Assembly (NCBI GenBank): GCA_009914755.4
Contig: CP086569.2
Coordinates: 6,848,001-6,912,000, forward strand
Direction of reading: 5' to 3'
DNA length: 64,000 bases
From: the human T2T-CHM13v2.0 reference genome, Homo sapiens
The first letter of the stretch is position 1. Every line of letters starts with the position of its first letter. The translations under genes and the position numbers were made by a program. The notes below the pieces were generated by a model. It ran no database searches. It was not told where the DNA came from and saw only the letters and a program-made list of their open reading frames with translations. Shown piece after piece: positions 57,985 through 64,000 of the stretch.

Positions 57985-59002
57985 TTACATTTTGGCATGA
58001 TTTTGCAGCACCTGGTACTGGTTGTTCCTTTCCATGTTTAGCGCTTCCTTCAGGAGCTCTTTTAGGGCAGGCCTGGTGGTGACAAAATCTCTCAGCATTT
58101 GCTTGTCTGTAAAGTATTTTATTTCTCCTTCACTTATGAAGCTTAGTTTGGCTGGATATGAAATTCTGGGTTGAAAATTCTTTTCTTTAAGAATGTTGAA
58201 TATTGGCCCCCACTCTCTTCTGGCTTGTAGGGTTTCTGCCGAGAGATCCGCTGTTAGTCTGATGGGCTTCCCTTTGTGGGTAACCCGACCTTTCTCTCTG
58301 GCTGCCCTTAACATTTTTTCCTTCATTTCAACCTTGGTGACTCTGACAATTATGTGTCTTGGAGTTGCTCTTCTCGAGGAGTATCTTTGTGGCGTTCTCT
58401 GTATTTCCTGAATCTGAAAGTTGGCCTGCCTTGCTAGATTGGGGAAGTTCTCCTGGATAATATCCTGCAGAGTGTTTTCCAACTTGGTTCCATTCTCCCC
58501 ATCACTTTCAGGTACACCAATCAGATGTAGATTTGGTCTTTTCACATAGTCCCATATTTCTTGGAGGCTTTGCTCATTTCTTTTCATTCTTTTTTCTCTA
58601 AACTTCCCTTCTCGCTTCATTTCATTCATTTCATCTTCCATTGCTGATACCCTTTCTTCCAGTTGATCGCATCGGCTCCTGAGGCTTCTGCATTCTTCAC
58701 GTAGTTCTCGAGCCTTGGTTTTCAGCTCCATCAGCTCCTTTAAGCACTTCTCTGTATTGGTTATTCTAGTTATACATTCTTCTAAATTTTTTTCAAAGTT
58801 TTCAACTTCTTTGCCTTTGGTTTGAATGTCCTCCCGTAGCTCAGAGTAATTTGATCGTCTGAAGCCTTCTTCTCTCAGCTCGTCAAAGTCATTCTCCATC
58901 CAGCTTTGTTCCGTTGCTGGTGAGGAACTGCGTTCCTTTGGAGGAGGAGAGGCGCTCTGCGTTTTAGAGTTTCCAGTTTTTCTGTTCTGTTTTTTTCCCC
59001 AT
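57985..59002 (-). pseudogene. L1 ORF1 (ORF1p, RNA-binding protein): a 304-aa intact stretch from an internal Met; the N-terminus is frameshifted by a 1-nt A insertion just after the ATG
   Basis: MENDFDELREEGFRRSNYSELREDIQTKGKEVENFEKNLEECITRITNTEKCLKELMELKTKARELREECRSLRSRCDQLEERVSAMEDEMNEMKREGKFREKRMKRNEQSLQEIWDYVKRPNLHLIGVPESDGENGTKLENTLQDIIQENFPNLARQANFQIQEIQRTP... is nearly identical to L1HS ORF1p. The ATGGGGAAAAAAACAG start has an extra A and runs to a stop after about 12 codons. Confidence 0.9.
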
Positions 59003-59538
59003 CTTTGTGGTTTTATTTTCTTTTGGTCTTTGATGATGGTGATGTACAGATGGGTTTTTGGTGTGGATGTCCTTTCTGTTTGTTAGTTTTCCTTCTAACA
59101 GACAGGACCCTCAGTTGCAGGTCTGTTGGAATACCTTGCCGTGAGAGGTGTCAGTGTGCCCCTGCTGGGGGGTGCCTCCCAGTTAGGCTGCTCGGGGGTC
59201 AGGGGTCAGGGACCCACTTGAGGAGGCAGTCTGCCCGTTCTCAGATCTCCAGCTGCATACTGGGAGAACCACTGCTCTCTTCAAAGGTGTCAGACAGGGA
59301 CATTTAAGTCTGCAGAGGTTACTGCTGTCTTTTTGCTTGTCTGTGCCCTGCCCCCAGAGGTGGAGCCTACAGAGGCCTGCAGGCCTCCTTGAGCTGTGGT
59401 GGGCTCCACCCAGTTCGAGCTTCCTGGCTGCTTTGTTTACCTAAGCAAGCCTGGGCAATGGCGGGCGCCCCTCCCCCAGCCTCGCTGCCGCCTTGCAGTT
59501 TGATCTCAGACTGCTGTGCTAGCAATCAGTGAGACTCC

Positions 59539-59766
59539 GTGGGCGTAGGACCCTCTGAGCCAGGTGTGGGTTATAATCTTGTGGTGCGCCGTTTTTTAAG
59601 CCCATCGGAAAAGCGCAGTATTTGGGTGGGAGTGACCCAATTTTCCAGGTGCCGTCCGTCACCCCTTTCTTTGACTAGGAAAGGGAACTCCCTGACCCCT
59701 TGCGCTTCCCAAGTGAGGCAATGCCTCGTCCTGCTTTGGCTGGTGCACGGTGTGCGCACCGGCTGA
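59539..59766 (+). other. L1 antisense ORF0-like ORF (75 aa) within the L1 5'UTR, reading away from the L1 body
   Basis: MGVGPSEPGVGYNLVVRRFLSPSEKRSIWVGVTQFSRCRPSPLSLTRKGNSLTPCASQVRQC.. Its position is antisense in the 5'UTR and a paralogous ORF lies at 74-256. This is consistent with the described primate L1 ORF0. Confidence 0.45.
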
Positions 59767-59848
59767 CCTGCGCCCACTGTCTGGCACTCCCTAGTGAGAT
59801 GAACCCGGTACCTCAGATGGAAATGCAGAAATCACCCATCTTCTGCAT

Positions 59849-60252
59849 TGTTTATTTAGAGACAGGGTCTCACTGTCACACAGGCTGGAGTGCAGAGACA
59901 CCATCATAGCTCACTGCAGCCTCCAACTCCTGGACTCAAATGATCCTCCCCACTCAGCCTCCTGAGTAGCTGGGACTACAGCCACACATCACTACTTCTG
60001 GCTAATTTTTTAAAATTTAATTTTTGTACAGACAGGGTCTCACTATGTTCTCATGCCTCAGCCTCCCAAGAATCTGGGATTGCAGGTGTGTGCCACCATG
60101 CCTGGCTAAATTTTTTTCTGTGTGTGTATTTTTAGTAGAGACGGAGTTTTGCTATGTTGGCCAGGCTGGCCTCGAACTCATGACCTCAAGTGATCTGCCC
60201 ACCCCGGCCTCCCAAAGAGCTGGGATTACAGGCATGAGCCACCCCACCTGGC
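59849..60252 (-). mobile_element. two adjacent partial Alu copies on the minus strand (about 59849-60030 and about 60030-60252) abutting the L1 5' end
   Basis: tttagagacagggtctcactgtcacacaggctggagtgcag...gtagctgggactacagccacacatcactacttctggctaatttttt, followed by acagacagggtctcactatgttctcatgcctcagcctcccaag...ggcatgagccaccccacctggcc. Confidence 0.8.
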
Positions 60253-60544
60253 CAAGCTTCAGGATTTTAAAGAATGGCATCACGGATTTCCACTGCCCCT
60301 TGACATAGCCCTATATTCACTTCTCATCCTCAACTCTCCAGCCCTCCGCTCTGTGAAGGCCAATCCTGGTGGTCTGCTGGGACTGAAGACTTTTCCCATC
60401 ACGTGGCCGAGATGACCTAGAATGTAAAATTGCCAAACGTGCCCACAACCATCTCCATGGGATCTGCAGCTTGCCTGATAGCTGGCCTCCAGCAACTCCA
60501 TGGAGGACCTGGGACTCCAGTTCCCACTAATATTCTGAATCTCT

Positions 60545-60697
60545 GCTGTATGCAGTGGTGCACGCCTATAATCCTCGCACTTTGGGAGGCTGAGGCAGGG
60601 GGATTCCTTGAGCGCAGGTATTCGAGGCTGCAGTGATCTGTGATCGCATCACTGCACTCCAGCCTGGGAGACCCTATTTCAAAAAAAAAAAAAAAAA
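60545..60697 (+). mobile_element. Alu fragment with an internal deletion and a poly(A) tail
   Basis: gcagtggtgcacgcctataatcctcgcactttgggaggctgaggcagggggattccttgagcgcagg...gcagtgatctgtgatcgcatcactgcactccagcctgggagaccctatttcaaaaaaaaaaaaaaaaa. Confidence 0.8.
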
Positions 60698-61215
60698 TCT
60701 GAGTCTGACTCTTGTGTGGAAAATGAACTCTGATCATCCTTTGACTTTTTAACTTCCTTCATCTTGTGAGTAGTTGTCTCTGCAACTGTCTTCCTTAATA
60801 TCTGTCCTTAGCATCACTCACAAAGACACCCGCAAATGCCCTCTCTCCTTTCTACACCTCTAACTTTCACAAGTAGTTCCACCTGGAGGAAGCCCCATCT
60901 CCAGTTCTACAAATGATTCAAACTCTCTGCCTTTTGTGCAAATGAGCTGTATGCATTTCCCATGGCTGCCTTCACCAAGTATCATAGACTAGGTGAGCTC
61001 CACCTCAGAAACTTACTGTTCTTACAGTTCTGAGGCCAGAATAAGTCTGAGATCAAAGTGTCGGTGGGGTTGGTTCCTTCTGAAGGTTTGGCCCAGCACA
61101 GTAAGACCAAATATCTACTCCAAGGTTTGCAGCATAAGAAAGGAGGGCATGAATTTGTAGGGTGCCAAGCAAGGAGAATCATGCAGCTCACACTTAAGAC
61201 CTGACCTCCTAGCTT

Positions 61216-61507
61216 GGCAAGGCAGCTCATGTCTATAATTCCAGCATTTGGAAGGCCAAGGTGGGTGGATCACTTGAGCCCAGGAGTTTAAGACTAGCCT
61301 GGGCAACATACTAAGACCCTATCTCTACAAATCATTAAAAAATTAGCCGAGCATGATGGTACACTCCTGTAGTACCAGGTCCTCAGTAGAGTGAAGCAGG
61401 AGGATCACTTGAGCCTGGGAGGTCAAGGCTGTGGTGAGCCGTGATGGTGCCACTGCACTCCAGCCTGGGCAACACAGCAAGACTCTGTCTCAAAAAAAAA
61501 AAAAAAA
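61216..61507 (+). mobile_element. Alu (old)
   Basis: Matches the Alu consensus, diverged. Confidence 0.85.
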
Positions 61508-61911
61508 CCCACTCTCCCCAGTGGATTACAGGTGAGGGTTTTTCAAGGTGGGAGCCAAAGGTTACAGGCAAAGTCATAAAGTAATTCATGAAGATTATAG
61601 AGTGGTTTGACCTAAAAAGGCAGAACATCTTGAAGCAAAGGGGACCCGCAGGACACAGGTAGATGCAAAGATCTCTGACTTGTGATAGGTTAAGGAAGGG
61701 AAATTTTGTTTAAAAGCTTGGAGTCAGCAGAAAAAACTATTAGCTCTGGTCTGTGGGCATAACTTCCTCCAGGTCCCTCAGGAAAGAATTTAGGACAAAG
61801 TACATTGGTAAGAGTTCAGTCCTCAGTTCCCCTTACCTGACAGCTATGCCAGCAGATCCGTTTGCTGGGGTCTGGGTTTCTAGAAAACAACTTGGGGAGG
61901 TATGCTAAAAT

Positions 61912-62090
61912 TCCTTCCTTCCTTCCCTCCCTCCCTCACTCCCTGCTTCCTTCCTTCCTTCTTTCCTTCCCTCCTTCCCTTTCTCTCTTTCTCTCAACAG
62001 AGTCTCGCTCTTGTCCCCTAGGCTGGACTGCAACCACTGCCTCACAGGTTCAACCTCCTGCCTCAGCCCCCTAGGTCGGCCACCACGCCA
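61912..62090 (-). mobile_element. (TTCC)n / (CTCC)n tract (61912-61995) plus a partial minus-strand Alu (61996-62090)
   Basis: ttccttccttccttccctccctccctc... followed by aacagagtctcgctcttgtcccctaggctggactgcaaccactgcctcacaggttcaacctcctgcctcagccccctaggtc. Confidence 0.75.
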
Positions 62091-62617
62091 GGTGTTGGAT
62101 ATAAAATGCTCTAGAAATAAATGCTCGGTGCCACAAAGTGAAACCAGCACTCAGGCAAAAGTTCTCTCAGCAAAGCAATTTAATTCTGCAGAAGGGTGCC
62201 ACTCGCATCAATCAAGATCACAAGAGCACAGAGAACAAAGGATAAAAGAGAGGTTTTATCCTTAATGCAGTCCCTATCTCTGTGTCACTCCCCCATGGGT
62301 TGGGGTCTGACCGCACAATCTGAGCTGACCTGATTGGCTACTTGTACATAATATATATTCCTAAATATAGAAGGGGAGGGGAGTTTGAGGTACAAAGGTG
62401 CAGTGTGTGAGAAGTGCAGTTTCAGGGGATCAATGGGTACAGGTAACCAAGGGAACAGAGTGAGTTATTGATTAGAGCTGATGGGAAGCGGGTAGGCTGT
62501 TAACACTAACTAGGGGCAAGGACAAACAAGAAAGTTGAGTTTCAGAACAAAGAATAAGGAAGCTAACAGCCTAAACCTTTTGAAGAGAAACTTAGAAAGA
62601 TTCATTGTATCTTTCAC

Positions 62618-62758
62618 CTAGCTAATTTTTGTATTTCTAGTAGAGATGGGGTTTCACCATGTTGGCCAGGCTGGTCTCAAATTCCTGACCTCAAGTGATC
62701 CTCCAGCCTTGGCCTCCCAAAGTGCTGGGATTACAGACATGAGCCACCGCACCTGGCT
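62618..62758 (-). mobile_element. partial Alu (one monomer)
   Basis: tagctaatttttgtatttctagtagagatggggtttcaccatgttggccaggctggtctcaaattcctgacctcaagtgatcctccagccttggcctcccaaagtgctgggattacagacatgagccaccgcacctggc. Confidence 0.85.
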
Positions 62759-62817
62759 GATGCCATCTTTAGTTGTTATAGAAAACCAAGTATCTCATGA
62801 TTCTAGCTTCCTTGGCT

Positions 62818-63126
<309 letters not shown>

Positions 63127-63299
63127 CTATTGTTTTAAGTTACTTTTACCGTTTTACTTACCAAGTTGCTCATTGATTTCTCATGGCTAGCTAGGTGCCT
63201 TTTCTTTGAAGGCACTCAAGACACTTTTAAGAGACAGAAAAATGGAATTTATTGGGCAAAAAGGGAAACTTTTCTTTGACGGAACTCAAGATTTTTCTT

Positions 63300-63950
63300 T
63301 ATTTCCATGCTTTACGGGTCTCAGGTCCCTACAGAGGAAGTGCCTTCTCTGTCTCAGTGTTAGAGGCATTTGAACCAGAGCAACTCCATCTTGAGTAGCC
63401 ACTGGGTAAAATAAGGCTGAGACCTACTGGGTGGCATTCCCAGGAGGTTAGGCATTCTTAGTCAAAGGATGAGACAGGAGGCCGGCACAAGATACAGGTT
63501 ATAAAGACCTTGTGGATAAAACGGCATGCGGTAAAGAAGCCGGCCAAATCCCACCGAAACCAAGATGGTGACAAGAGTGACCTCTGGTCATCCTCATGGC
63601 TCATTATACGCTAATAATAATACATTAGCACACTAAAAGACACTCCCACCAGCAGCACGACAGTTGACAAATGCCATGGCAATGAGACAGTCAAGTATGA
63701 GAAACTCCGACCACTGTGCGGGCACTGGGAAAATGGGCTGGAGCCACGGAGTTCACACCCTTTGCAGCGGGGAGGAGCCTGGCCTCTTCTGTTTCAGGTG
63801 GAATCCGGGATTCAATCTGTGAGGGGCAGACCAGCTAGCAGGGACTCTCGCTTTGCTGAGGGTCCCCGTTTCTCTTTTTTTTCCTTTTTGCCCAATAAAT
63901 TCCATTTTTCTCACTCTTCAAAATGTCTGCGAGCCTAATCATGGCCATGT
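63300..63950 (+). mobile_element. LTR-like retroelement fragment (ERV-type LTR, family unassigned) with an AATAAA near its 3' end; a short inverted partial copy of the same end lies at about 63195-63262
   Basis: ..gggtaaaataaggctgagacctactgggtggcattcccaggaggttaggcattcttagtcaaaggatgagacaggaggccggcacaagatacaggttataaagaccttgtggataaaacggcatgcggtaaagaagccggccaaatcccaccgaaaccaagatggtgacaagagtgacctctggtc.. ending ..cctttttgcccaataaattccatttttc. The reverse complement gaaaaatggaatttattgggcaaaaagg occurs at 63233-63260. Confidence 0.45.
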
Positions 63951-64000
63951 GGCAAGAACCTGGCTTTTATCTGAACTAAGGAGAAAGTCCTGCAACAGCA

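Overview
This window is human (hominoid) nuclear DNA, not a prokaryotic locus. It is densely packed with retrotransposon-derived sequence. The two largest features are a 5'-truncated gammaretrovirus-like (class I) endogenous retrovirus and a full-length L1PA element. The provirus spans about 450-9202 on the + strand with gag, protease, pol and env remnants and a 3' LTR; every reading frame is broken. The L1PA element spans about 53893-59848 on the - strand; its ORF1 is almost intact and its ORF2 is broken into several pieces. There are about 60 Alu copies. One of them (12620-12929) is a near-consensus AluYa5-type element with intact CpGs, a pure poly(A) tail of about 29 nt and a 17 bp target site duplication, nested inside an older Alu. 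Other repeats include several older L1 3'-end fragments, MaLR-type LTRs (an MLT1-like copy and a head-to-head pair of THE1/MST-like LTRs), a truncated LTR12 (HERV9-type) LTR with tandem CCAAT-box repeats, and an unclassified LTR-like element at the 3' edge. Low-complexity tracts are abundant: about 800 bp of (GGAT)n with inverted (ATCC)n tracts about 2.6 kb away, about 850 bp of CA/CATG-rich sequence, (GATA)n, (CT)n(TA)n, polypyrimidine tracts, and many Alu-tail microsatellites. I find no tRNA or rRNA gene, no CRISPR array, no operon-like gene cluster and no convincing host protein-coding exon. The long ORFs in the six-frame track are either retroelement remnants or artefacts of simple repeats. 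The expectation of a novel biological system is therefore not supported by the sequence. The points worth a second look are mobile-element and DNA-structure questions: a possibly polymorphic young Alu, a possible LTR12 promoter, L1 antisense ORF0 copies, inverted-repeat structures, and a CpG-retaining unique segment at 52.9-53.9 kb.
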